From an uncultured Actinomycetes bacterium (GTDB lineage Bacteria > Actinomycetota > Thermoleophilia > UBA2241): a stretch of DNA of 64,000 nucleotides. The first letter of the stretch is position 1. The number at the start of each line of letters is the position of its first letter. This document shows positions 20,284 through 28,962 of this stretch, piece by piece. The stretch lies in the NCBI GenBank assembly GCA_963709345.1, contig CAVPVX010000007.1, positions 608,001 through 672,000 on the forward strand, given 5' to 3'. A program made the translations under genes and the position numbers. The notes beneath the pieces are model-generated. The model did no database searches, was not told the origin of the DNA, and saw nothing but the letters and a program-made list of their open reading frames with translations.

Positions 20284-22386
20284 TCACTCTCCTTGCGGGG
20301 CCTCAGGGCCTTTCGGCCCGGCCCCGGCGTCATTGGGATCGCCGATCATCGTCTTCTGCCCGGTGGCATGCGTACGGGGCAGCTCCACATGGAACGTCGT
20401 ACCGCGATCGGTCTCGCTGTCGAACCAGATGGTCCCGTTGTGCATCTTGACGATCCCGTAGCTTATGGGCAGGCCGAGGCCGGTACCCTTGCCGATGCTC
20501 TTGGTGGTGAAGAAGGGCTGGAAGACCTTGTCGCGGGCGCTCTGCGGGATGCCCGCGCCCTCGTCCCGCACCGACAGGCGGATGCGCCCGGTCTCGGGCA
20601 CCTCGCAGGCACTGACGGACACGGCGCCGTCGCGGCCCTCCATCGCCTCGACGCCGTTCTTCACGAGATTGATGAGGACCTGCGTCATCTGATCGCGGTC
20701 GAGGTCTGCCCGCAGACCCGGGGCCACGTCGACGATCAGCTCGACCGCGTGTCCACTCGGCTCGATGGTCGCGATCGCAGAATCGACCGCCTGACGGACG
20801 ACGGCGAGCACGTCTTCGGTCTGCAGGTGCACGCGGCTCTGGCGGGCGAAGTCGAGCAGGTTACCGACGATCTTCTTGCAGCGCTCGCCCTCTTCCGCGA
20901 CGAGCTTCAGGTCGTGGTCGAGGTCGTCGCGGTCGTTCAGTTTCTTCCCGAGAATGTGGATGTAGAGCAGGATCGTGCTCAGCGGGTTGTTGAGCTCGTG
21001 GGCGACGCCGGCCGCCATCTGGCCCATGCTGGCCAGCTTCTCGGTGTTGATGATGTGCCGGTGCACGTCGCGCAGGTCGCTCCAGGGCACGTTCAGCTCG
21101 GTGCAGACGCGCTCCGCCTGGTCGATCATGAAGGGCAGGCACATCGCGTCCTCCGCCATGCCGCAGTGCACGGCGACGGCCTTGGCCCGGCAGGTCTGGT
21201 AGCCGCACGCGCCGCAGTTGAGCTCGTCTTCGGGGAAGAACTTGTTGGTGCGCGCGAGGATCTCGCGGATCTCGTCCTCGGTCGGCTCGGTGAGGCGCTG
21301 GTCGTCGCTCACGTAGGCGCGGCCGAGCGGCAGGCCGGCGAAGCCCGCACGTGCGTCGTCGATCGGCTCGTCCGCGGCGGCGTCCGCGGCTTCCTGCTCC
21401 CGCCGGCACTCCGCGACGTAGTCGCTCACGCGGCGCTTGCGCAAGAGGCCGGGTTCTGAGGAGTTGATGCCCGGCCCACAGTAGCACCCGCGACACATGA
21501 GAGCCTCGACGAGCAGAGCACGGTCGGTCTCGAGCTCGCCGAGGCTGTCGAGCACCGCGACGGTCTCGTCGTGACCGCTGACCACCAGCACGTCGGGGTC
21601 GAGGATGCCGCGGTCCATGTTGGCGGTCTCGAGCAGGCCGCCGGGCAGCGGGAAGACCCGCGCCCGCCCCGCAGCCGGCTCGTCCCACACGGCCGCCGCG
21701 GCCATCTCCGGGACGACACCCCGTTCGGCCAGCAGGCGGTGTGCCTCCTGGAGCGTCAGGACCTCGTCGATGACGTCCGGCAGCAGCTCGTCGTGGGCCT
21801 CGGCCTTCTTGGCGACGCACGGACCGACGAACACGCAGTTGACCTCGTCGCCGTGAAGACCCTTGACGGCCAGAGCCGCGGCGATCATCGGCGAGACGAT
21901 CGGCACCAGCCGGTCGACGAACTCGGGACGATACTTGCGCACGTACTCCGCCACGGCCGGGCAAGCGGTGGCGATATGGATCCCGGTCGGGTTGGCGGCG
22001 AGATACTCTTCGTAGGCGCGACTCACCAGGTCGGCGCCTTGAGCGACCTCGACGACGTAGTCGAAGCCCGCGGCCTTGAAGGCGCCGACGACCTGCTCCG
22101 GCGGCGCATCGAAGCCGGCGGGGAACGACGGCGCCAGCAGTGCCGCGACCGGTACGTCCTCCTCGAGGAGCCAGGATGCGCGTTCGAGGCCGCTCGCATA
22201 CGTCTTGGCGTTCTGCGAGCACACCAGCGTGCAGTTGCCGCAGGAGATGCAGCGCTCGTGGACCACGACAGCCTGCCCGTCCTCCACGCGGATCGCCTGG
22301 GCCGGGCAGTCGCGGACGCATGTGTAGCAGCGCCGGCAGTTCTGCTTGATCGTCCTGATGACGCCTTCCATGGGAGCCTCCGTCAC
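20284..22386 (-). CDS. Sensory [FeFe]-hydrogenase (group C-type) fused to a histidine kinase
   Basis: N-terminal 2x[4Fe-4S]; H-cluster-like motifs ATACP, GPCVAKKAE and EALMCRGC; FeS domain NCGACGYQTC..C; AHELNNPL H-box and HATPase (FFTTK, GTGLGL). Confidence 0.9.
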   Translation of the reverse strand: MTEAPMEGVIRTIKQNCRRCYTCVRDCPAQAIRVEDGQAVVVHERCISCGNCTLVCSQNAKTYASGLERASWLLEEDVPVAALLAPSFPAGFDAPPEQVVGAFKAAGFDYVVEVAQGADLVSRAYEEYLAANPTGIHIATACPAVAEYVRKYRPEFVDRLVPIVSPMIAAALAVKGLHGDEVNCVFVGPCVAKKAEAHDELLPDVIDEVLTLQEAHRLLAERGVVPEMAAAAVWDEPAAGRARVFPLPGGLLETANMDRGILDPDVLVVSGHDETVAVLDSLGELETDRALLVEALMCRGCYCGPGINSSEPGLLRKRRVSDYVAECRREQEAADAAADEPIDDARAGFAGLPLGRAYVSDDQRLTEPTEDEIREILARTNKFFPEDELNCGACGYQTCRAKAVAVHCGMAEDAMCLPFMIDQAERVCTELNVPWSDLRDVHRHIINTEKLASMGQMAAGVAHELNNPLSTILLYIHILGKKLNDRDDLDHDLKLVAEEGERCKKIVGNLLDFARQSRVHLQTEDVLAVVRQAVDSAIATIEPSGHAVELIVDVAPGLRADLDRDQMTQVLINLVKNGVEAMEGRDGAVSVSACEVPETGRIRLSVRDEGAGIPQSARDKVFQPFFTTKSIGKGTGLGLPISYGIVKMHNGTIWFDSETDRGTTFHVELPRTHATGQKTMIGDPNDAGAGPKGPEAPQGE

Positions 22387-24113
22387 ACTGCCGCCGTATC
22401 GTGCCCGCGGCGGCGGCTCGTGTAGCTGCGATGCAGGAGGCGATGCGAGACCTCGCTCAGCGGGCGCCCGAGGAGGCCCTCGTACAGCGCCCGCAGCTCG
22501 GCGTTCTCGTGCGAGCGCCGAGCCCGGGAGCGCCTGTCCACTTCGTAGAGGCGCTGCAGCCGCTCCTTGATCGCCGCGGCGTCGGTGTCGTAGGGCTGGC
22601 CGCCGCCGCCGATGCAGCCGCCGGGGCAGCTCATCACTTCGACGAAGTGCACCGGCGGATCGGCGCTCAACAGCTCGTCGAGGACGTCCTTGACGCGGCC
22701 GAGACCGTTGACGACGGCGAGGCCGAGCTCGGCCTCACCGGCGCTCACCGCGAACCGGCGCACGCCCTCGGAGCCGCGAGCCTCGCTCACCTTGGGGCCG
22801 CCGGCGAGCTCCTCGCCGGCGGCGAGCAGGTAGGCGGTCCGCAGCGCAGCCTCCATGACGCCGCCGCTGCCGGCGAAGAGGCGACCGGCGCCGCTCGCCT
22901 CGGAGAAGGGCGGGTCGAGCGGCTCCAGCTCGGTCGCGTGCGCGAAATCCACGCCGAACCGGCCCCAGAGGTGCTCCAGTTCACGCGTGGTGAGCACGTA
23001 GTCCACGTCACCGAGGTCTTGTGCCTCGAACTTCTTCGCCGTGCAGGGCATGATCGAGACGACCACGAGCTTGTCCCGGTCGACCCCCGCCCGATCGGGG
23101 TAGATCTCCTTGATCAGCGCGCCGGCCATCTGCTGCGGGCTCTTGCAGGTCGAGAGGTGCGGGATCAACTCCGGGTGGTGTGTCTCGACGAAGTGTACCC
23201 ACGCCGGCGAGCAGCTCGTGAACATCGGCAGCACGCCGCCGTTCTCGATGCGGTCCAGCAGCTCGCTGCCCTCTTCCATGATCGTGAGGTCGGCGGCGAA
23301 GCCGGTGTCGAAGACGGCGTCGAAGCCGACCCGCTTGAGGGAGGAGGCGAGGCGCTCCAGCATTGTGCGCACGCCCTCGCTCTTGCTGTGGCCTTCGAGA
23401 AGCGTCGCCGGCACGGCGGGCGCCACCTGGGCGACGACCACGGTGTCGGGATCCGCGAGCGCGTCGACCACCTCGTCGACCTGGTCGCGTTCGACGATGG
23501 CGCCGGTCGGGCAGACCCGGGCGCACTGACCGCAGAACACGCAGTCGCTGACGTTGAGTCCAAGGCTGAAGCCCGGCGCGACCCTGGTCTGGAAGCCACG
23601 CCCGACGTAGTCGATGGCGCCCACACCCTGGATGTCGTGGCAGACGGTGACGCAGCGGCCACAGAGGACGCACTTGTCGGGGTCGCGCCAGAGTGCCGGC
23701 GAGCTGATGTCCATGGGGTGATGCTTGACCGCCCCGACGTACCGGCGCCGGCGCACGCCGAGGTCGGCGGCGAGATCCGCGAGCTCGCAGTCGCCGCCTC
23801 GCGCGCAGGAGAGGCAGTCCTGCGGATGACTCGCGACCAGCAGTTCCAGGATCGCGCGCCGCGCCTTGAGCACGCGCGGCGTGTGCGTCTGGACGCTGAG
23901 GCCGTCGCGCGCCTCGAGGGTGCAGCTCGTCTGCAGGCGCGGAACGCCCTCGACCTCGACGATGCACAGGCGGCACGAGGCCGACGGTGACGGCGCCCAG
24001 TCAAGGGAACACAGGTGCGGGATCTCGATACCGGCGCGGCGGGCCACCTGCAGGACGGTCTCGCCCTCCGTCACCTCGATCTCTCTGCCGTTGATGGTGA
24101 TGCTCATGGTCAT
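22383..24113 (-). CDS. hydA: [FeFe]-hydrogenase catalytic subunit (group A3-type)
   Basis: [2Fe-2S], His-ligated 4Fe and 2x[4Fe-4S] domains; P1 FTSCSPAW, P2 MPCTAKKFE, P3 EVMSCPGGCIGGGGQP; start MTMSITING. Confidence 0.95.
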   Translation of the reverse strand: MTMSITINGREIEVTEGETVLQVARRAGIEIPHLCSLDWAPSPSASCRLCIVEVEGVPRLQTSCTLEARDGLSVQTHTPRVLKARRAILELLVASHPQDCLSCARGGDCELADLAADLGVRRRRYVGAVKHHPMDISSPALWRDPDKCVLCGRCVTVCHDIQGVGAIDYVGRGFQTRVAPGFSLGLNVSDCVFCGQCARVCPTGAIVERDQVDEVVDALADPDTVVVAQVAPAVPATLLEGHSKSEGVRTMLERLASSLKRVGFDAVFDTGFAADLTIMEEGSELLDRIENGGVLPMFTSCSPAWVHFVETHHPELIPHLSTCKSPQQMAGALIKEIYPDRAGVDRDKLVVVSIMPCTAKKFEAQDLGDVDYVLTTRELEHLWGRFGVDFAHATELEPLDPPFSEASGAGRLFAGSGGVMEAALRTAYLLAAGEELAGGPKVSEARGSEGVRRFAVSAGEAELGLAVVNGLGRVKDVLDELLSADPPVHFVEVMSCPGGCIGGGGQPYDTDAAAIKERLQRLYEVDRRSRARRSHENAELRALYEGLLGRPLSEVSHRLLHRSYTSRRRGHDTAAV

Positions 24114-24118
24114 TCCTC

Positions 24119-26113
24119 TCAGGCGACGGCCAGCACGGCCTGTTTGGGGCAGGCGTCGGCGCAGGCGCCGCAGCCGGTGCACCGGTCGACGATGATGGAG
24201 TGCGCGAACGTGCGCTTGCCGATGATCGCCCCCGACGGGCAGTTCCTGGCGCAAAGGGTGCAGCCGGTGCAGAGTTCGGGGTCGATGTCGTACACGCGCA
24301 GACCCTGGCAGGCGCCGGCCGGGCAGACACCCTCCATGATGTGCGCCTCGTACTCGTCGCGGAAGAAGCGCAGCGTGCTGAGCACGGGGTTCGCGGCCGA
24401 CTGGCCGAGGCCGCAGAGCGACGTCTCCCTGACGACCTCCGCCAGCTCCTCCAGATGGAGGATGCCGCGGAAGCGCTCCAGCCGGCGCAGATCGTCGCCG
24501 ACGGGGCGCTCGGTGATCTCGGTGAGGATCTCGAGCATGCGCGTCGTACCCTCGCGACACGGGGTGCACTTGCCACAGCTCTCGTTGCGGATGAACCCAA
24601 TGAAGAACTTCGCAACGTCGACCATGCAGGAACGCTCGTCCATGACGACCATGCCGCCGGAGCCCATCATCGCGCCGAGCTCCTGGAGTGTCCCGTAGTC
24701 GGTGGCGACGTCGAGCAGATCGTCGGGGATGCAGCCGCCGCTCGGGCCGCCGATCTGGACGGCCTTGATGTGGTGGCCGGCGGGAGCGCCGCCGCCGATG
24801 TCGTAGACGACCTCGCGCAGCGGGACGCCGACCGGGACCTCGACGAGGCCCGTGTTGCGCACGCGGCCGCTGAGCGCGAAGACCTTGGTGCCGGCCGCGT
24901 CGCCGCGGCCGAGGCCCGCGAACCACTCGGCGCCGCCGTTCAGGACGGCCGGGATGTTGGCCAGCGTCTCGACGTTGTTGAGCACGGTCGGGCAGCCGTG
25001 CAGACCGGAGACCGCCGGGTAGGGCGGGCGGGGACGGGGCATGCCGCGCCCACCCTCGATGCTCGCCAGGATCGCCGTCTCCTCGCCGCAGACGAAGGCA
25101 CCGGCGCCCATCTTGATGGTGATGTCGAAGTCGACGAGGCTGCCGAGGATGTTCTTGCCGAGCAGCCCGGCGGCGCGGCACTGCTCGATCGCGTCGCGCA
25201 GCCGCTCTACCGCGAGTGGGTACTCGGCGCGACAGTACACATAGCCCCTGGTCGCGTTGATCGCGTAGGCGGCGACGATCATGCCCTCGACCACCCGGAA
25301 CGGGTCGCTCTCGAGTACGGCGCGGTCCATGAATGCGCCGGGATCGCCCTCGTCGGCGTTGCAGATCAGGTACTTCTGCGCCTTCGGCTGGTCGAGCGCG
25401 ACCTGCCACTTCCGCCCGGTCGGGAAGCCGGCGCCGCCACGCCCGCGGAGGCCGGAGGCGGTGACCTCGTCGCAGACCTCCTGCGGGGTCATCGTCGCCA
25501 GCGCCTTGGCGGCGGCGCGGAAGCCGCCGGCCGCGAGCGCTGCGTCGAGGCTCGCCGGGTCGACGACGCCGCAGTTCTCGAGCACCACCTTCGTCTGGCG
25601 CGCGAAGAACGGGGTCTCGGCGATGGGCGGTACGTCACGGTAGAGCCCGTCGGGATCGTCGTAGCGCCCGAGAAGGAAGCGGTTGCGCAGCTCCCCCCGC
25701 CCGAACACGGCCTCCAGGAACTCGTCGGCGGAGTCGGGACCGAGGTCGCAGTAGCTCAGTCGCACGCCTTCCTCGGTGACCACGTCGACGAAGACCTCGC
25801 GCTGACAGTAGCCGACGCAGCCGGTCTCGAGGATCGGCACGCTGAGCCCGCAGCGCTCGAAGTAGGCCTTCATCTTCGCGATCACCGTGGTCGCGCCGTT
25901 GGCGCGCCCGCAGGTGCCGGCACCGACGAAGACGACCATGCCGTCGCCGCCGAGCCGGGCGCGTGCGAGGCGCCGGGCGCGCTTCGAAGCACATGCCTCG
26001 TCGTCGTGACAGACGGGGCCGCGCTCGATGCAGGCGACCAGGTCGGAGCACGGCGTGGACGGCGCGTGCGTGCAACGGTCGCAGCAGGGCTCCGTGAGCA
26101 GGCTCTCGTTCAT
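24119..26113 (-). CDS. hydB: NuoF-like FMN/NADH-binding hydrogenase beta subunit
   Basis: GLRGRGGAGFPTG, CNADEGDPGAFMDR, FVCGEETA, GGPSGG and ESCGKCTPCREG motifs; C-terminal 2x[4Fe-4S]. Confidence 0.95.
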   Translation of the reverse strand: MNESLLTEPCCDRCTHAPSTPCSDLVACIERGPVCHDDEACASKRARRLARARLGGDGMVVFVGAGTCGRANGATTVIAKMKAYFERCGLSVPILETGCVGYCQREVFVDVVTEEGVRLSYCDLGPDSADEFLEAVFGRGELRNRFLLGRYDDPDGLYRDVPPIAETPFFARQTKVVLENCGVVDPASLDAALAAGGFRAAAKALATMTPQEVCDEVTASGLRGRGGAGFPTGRKWQVALDQPKAQKYLICNADEGDPGAFMDRAVLESDPFRVVEGMIVAAYAINATRGYVYCRAEYPLAVERLRDAIEQCRAAGLLGKNILGSLVDFDITIKMGAGAFVCGEETAILASIEGGRGMPRPRPPYPAVSGLHGCPTVLNNVETLANIPAVLNGGAEWFAGLGRGDAAGTKVFALSGRVRNTGLVEVPVGVPLREVVYDIGGGAPAGHHIKAVQIGGPSGGCIPDDLLDVATDYGTLQELGAMMGSGGMVVMDERSCMVDVAKFFIGFIRNESCGKCTPCREGTTRMLEILTEITERPVGDDLRRLERFRGILHLEELAEVVRETSLCGLGQSAANPVLSTLRFFRDEYEAHIMEGVCPAGACQGLRVYDIDPELCTGCTLCARNCPSGAIIGKRTFAHSIIVDRCTGCGACADACPKQAVLAVA

Positions 26114-26583
26114 GCCGCCTCCTCGGCGTCCGTCGTCACCGCGTCCAGCAGGTCGTCCAGCTTCTGCGCTGTCAGGTGGCCGTAGAACTCGCCGTCCAGC
26201 TTGATCACCGGCGCGATGGAGCAGGCGCCGAGGCAGGCGACCTCGACGACGGTGAAGCGGCCGTCGCCCGAGTTGCCGTCGTCGCGCAGCTTGAGACGCC
26301 GCTTCAGGTGCTGCGCCAGCACCAGACTCTGCTTCACGTGGCAAGCGGTGCCGCGGCAGACCTCGATCACGTGCTCACCGAGCGGCGCGAAGCGGAACTG
26401 GTTGTAGAAGGTGGCCACTCCGAACACCCGGCTCACCGGCGTGCCCAGAGCGCTCGCGACCTTCGCCATCGCCTCGACCGAGACGAAGCCCTCCGCTCCC
26501 TGGATCTCCTGCAGCAGCGGGATCAACTGGTCGCGGGTCAGCTCGTCACCGCGGGTGGCGATGATCATGTCGACCGCGGTCAT
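26110..26583 (-). CDS. hydC: NuoE-like [2Fe-2S] hydrogenase gamma subunit
   Basis: VATFYNQF, CRGTACH and CLGACSIAP motifs. Confidence 0.95.
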   Translation of the reverse strand: MTAVDMIIATRGDELTRDQLIPLLQEIQGAEGFVSVEAMAKVASALGTPVSRVFGVATFYNQFRFAPLGEHVIEVCRGTACHVKQSLVLAQHLKRRLKLRDDGNSGDGRFTVVEVACLGACSIAPVIKLDGEFYGHLTAQKLDDLLDAVTTDAEEAA

Positions 26584-26586
26584 GGG

Positions 26587-27012
26587 TCACGCTTCCTTGG
26601 TCGCCGCGGGCGTGTCGGCGTCGGCGAGCAGCGCGGCGATGGCGTCGGCGAGGTCGGCCAGCTTGACCGGCTTCTCGAAGAACTTGGCGGCCGGCCACTC
26701 GCGGTACATCATCGGCTCGAAGATGTGGGTCTTGGTCTCGAGTTCCTTGGTGAAACCGCTCATGATGATCACCGGGATAGCCTCGGTCTCGGGGTCGTCG
26801 CGGAGCTTGTAGGCGACGTTGAAGCCGTCGGTGTCGTAGTCCATCATGATGTCGAGCACGACGAGGTCGGGCCGCTGCTTCTTCAGTTGCTCTCGCGCCT
26901 CGATGCCGCTGTGGGCCGTGTCCACGGTGTAGCCGCGGGCCTCCAGGAACGCCTTGACGGACGTCACCAGGTCGCGGTCGTCGTCGACCATCAGGATGCG
27001 CTTGGCCTTCAC
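26587..27012 (-). CDS. Single-domain response regulator
   Basis: ILMVDDD, VLDIMM and FEKP motifs; GTG start after AAGGAGGAG. Confidence 0.9.
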   Translation of the reverse strand: MKAKRILMVDDDRDLVTSVKAFLEARGYTVDTAHSGIEAREQLKKQRPDLVVLDIMMDYDTDGFNVAYKLRDDPETEAIPVIIMSGFTKELETKTHIFEPMMYREWPAAKFFEKPVKLADLADAIAALLADADTPAATKEA

Positions 27013-27080
27013 GTCTCTCCTCCTTGGTTGGGCGGCTCCGCCGGTGTCCGCCGGCGCGAGCCGAGTAGTCCCTCTGCTCA

Positions 27081-27098
27081 CAGTGAAACTGTTCACAG
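27081..27098. promoter_or_regulatory. Rex operator upstream of the response regulator-hydCBA operon
   Basis: CAGTGAA-ACTG-TTCACAG versus the Rex consensus TTGTGAA-N4-TTCACAA. Confidence 0.75.
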
Positions 27099-27143
27099 TC
27101 GCCTCGAAAAAAACGCCTTCCTTCTCGCCCGCGCCCGCCCGAG

Positions 27144-27899
27144 TCATGACCGAATCCCCTGCCCCGCCGGCCGGACCGGCGCGGCCTCGGAGTCGGCGCC
27201 CCCCCGAACGCCGGCCACTTCGTCGCCGGCGACCGGGCCGTGCACCAGAAACGAGAGCAACTCGAGCTTGGATGCGATATCCGTGTGTTCTACGTAGCAG
27301 CCCTCGGGCGGCGTGACCCGCTTGGGCACGAAGTTCAGGATCGCGCGCGCGCCGGCCGCGGCGACTCGGTCGACCAACGCCTGGAGACCTTCCGGCCGGG
27401 TGGCGACGACCGCCATGTGGATGTCGAGCTCGCGCAGGACGGTCTCGAGATGGTCGACGTGATAGCAGCGCCGGCCGGCGTACATGCGGCCGACCTTCTC
27501 GGCGTCGACGTCGAAGGCGGCGGCGATATGGAAGCCGCGCTCCTCGAAGCCGCGGTAGGAGAGCAGGGCGCGTCCGAGATCACCGACCCCGAAGAGCGCG
27601 ATGGACTGGGTCTCGTCGGTGCCCATGATGCGGCTGATCGTGCGGCTCATCTGGAAGACGTTGTAGCCGCGGGAGATGTGCCCGAAGGTCCCGAAGGAGG
27701 CGAGGTCACGGCGAAGCTGCGCCGGCGTGACGCCGACGAGCTCGGCAAGCTGCTGGGAGTGGATGTCCTCGACACCGTCAGTGTGGAGCTCCTCCAACAC
27801 CTTCCGATAGACGCTGAGACGCTCGACCGTCTGCAGGGAAACCCGCTTCTCCGGGCGATGCAACTGCTTCGGTGCGGTGCCGCCGGTCTGTTCGCTCAT
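27144..27899 (-). CDS. rex: Redox-sensing transcriptional repressor Rex
   Basis: TVERLSVY, QLRRDLASFG..GYNV, Rossmann GVGDLGRAL and ILNFVP motifs. Confidence 0.95.
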   Translation of the reverse strand: MSEQTGGTAPKQLHRPEKRVSLQTVERLSVYRKVLEELHTDGVEDIHSQQLAELVGVTPAQLRRDLASFGTFGHISRGYNVFQMSRTISRIMGTDETQSIALFGVGDLGRALLSYRGFEERGFHIAAAFDVDAEKVGRMYAGRRCYHVDHLETVLRELDIHMAVVATRPEGLQALVDRVAAAGARAILNFVPKRVTPPEGCYVEHTDIASKLELLSFLVHGPVAGDEVAGVRGGADSEAAPVRPAGQGIRS

Positions 27900-27926
27900 G
27901 CTCAACGGTCCTCCCACGTCTCCTCC

Positions 27927-27962
27927 AGCTGTGACTCTATTCACAGCTCTACGCGCTGTCAA
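27927..27962 (-). promoter_or_regulatory. rex promoter (TTGACA-17-TAGAGT) with a Rex operator over the -10
   Basis: -35 at 27962-27957 and -10 at 27939-27934; palindrome AGCTGTGA-ctctat-TCACAGCT at 27927-27948. Confidence 0.82.
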
Positions 27963-28031
27963 GCGCCTCTGGGGAATCCGCTGGGCAGTCGGGCGCCGGC
28001 GAAGCGAGTGGCGCGCGGAGGGGCTGGTCCG

Positions 28032-28916
28032 CTAGCGGCCGAGAGCCGCCGCCAGAGCGGCGATGGACTCCGGCGGCGTGCCACAGCAACCGCCGACGAT
28101 GCCGGCGCCCAAAGCGGGGTAGCCGGAGACGATCGCGGCGAAGTGCTCGGGGGTTTCCCGGTAGACCGTCTCCCCACCCTCCAGCCGTGGCTGACCGGCA
28201 TTCGGCTGGGCGCAGGTGACGCCGCCGTTGAGCTCGGCGAGCACCGGCACGAGCGCCGTCATCGGCTCGGCGGTGATCTCGCAGTTGCAGCCGACGACGG
28301 CGGCGCCCGCGTCCTTGAGCTCGCGCACAGCCGCCGCGGGGTCGACGCCCATCATGGTGCGAAAGCCCTGGGCGGCCGGCTTGAAGGCCATGCTGGCCAG
28401 AACCGGACGGCCGGCCGCGGCGGCCACCGCCTCCTGGACGGCGATGCGCGCCTCCGTGAGGTCGAACATGGTCTCGACGTTCAGCAGGTCGACACCGCCG
28501 GCGACGAGGGCTTCCGCCTGCTCGGCGAACGTGGCGCGCAGCGCCTCCGGGTCGGCGGCGCCCATCGGCTTGAGCATGTGCCCGCACGGCCCGATGTCGC
28601 CGGCGACGTAGCGGCCCGGGAACTCCCGGTCGCGGACGCCGGTGGCGAGACGCGCGCCGGCTTCGTTGAGCTCCACGGCGCGGGCGGAGAGGCCGTGCGC
28701 CTCGAGACGCATGCCAGTACCGCCGAAGGTGTTGGTATTCACGATGTCGGAGCCGGCGGCGAAGAAACCGCGGTGGATGTCGGCGACCTCGTCGGGGTGC
28801 GAGACGTTCCACTCCTCGGGGCACTCGCCGGCGGCGAAGCCGCGCTCCATGAGCGCGCGCCCGAGGCCACCGTCCAGCAGCAGCGGTCGCTCGGCGATCA
28901 GTGCGAAGAGGTCCAT
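28032..28916 (-). CDS. Homocysteine S-methyltransferase family protein (stand-alone MetH Hcy-binding domain)
   Basis: LLDGG, TNTFG, ETMFD, GCNC, PNAG and GGCCGT motifs (Zn ligands). Confidence 0.9.
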   Translation of the reverse strand: MDLFALIAERPLLLDGGLGRALMERGFAAGECPEEWNVSHPDEVADIHRGFFAAGSDIVNTNTFGGTGMRLEAHGLSARAVELNEAGARLATGVRDREFPGRYVAGDIGPCGHMLKPMGAADPEALRATFAEQAEALVAGGVDLLNVETMFDLTEARIAVQEAVAAAAGRPVLASMAFKPAAQGFRTMMGVDPAAAVRELKDAGAAVVGCNCEITAEPMTALVPVLAELNGGVTCAQPNAGQPRLEGGETVYRETPEHFAAIVSGYPALGAGIVGGCCGTPPESIAALAAALGR

Positions 28917-28962
28917 GCCCGGCAGTCTACCAGACCGGGGGCCGTGGCTCAGGGGCGCGGCC

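Noticed and set aside
22383-25409. 1008-aa HydA and 1011/1020-aa HdrA ORFs suggesting giant fusions
   Set aside because: The extra N-terminal parts are off-frame reads of upstream genes; true starts are at 24113, 42487 and 45255.
24119-26583. nuoE/nuoF of respiratory complex I
   Set aside because: They are coupled to an H-cluster HydA, and no other nuo genes are present.
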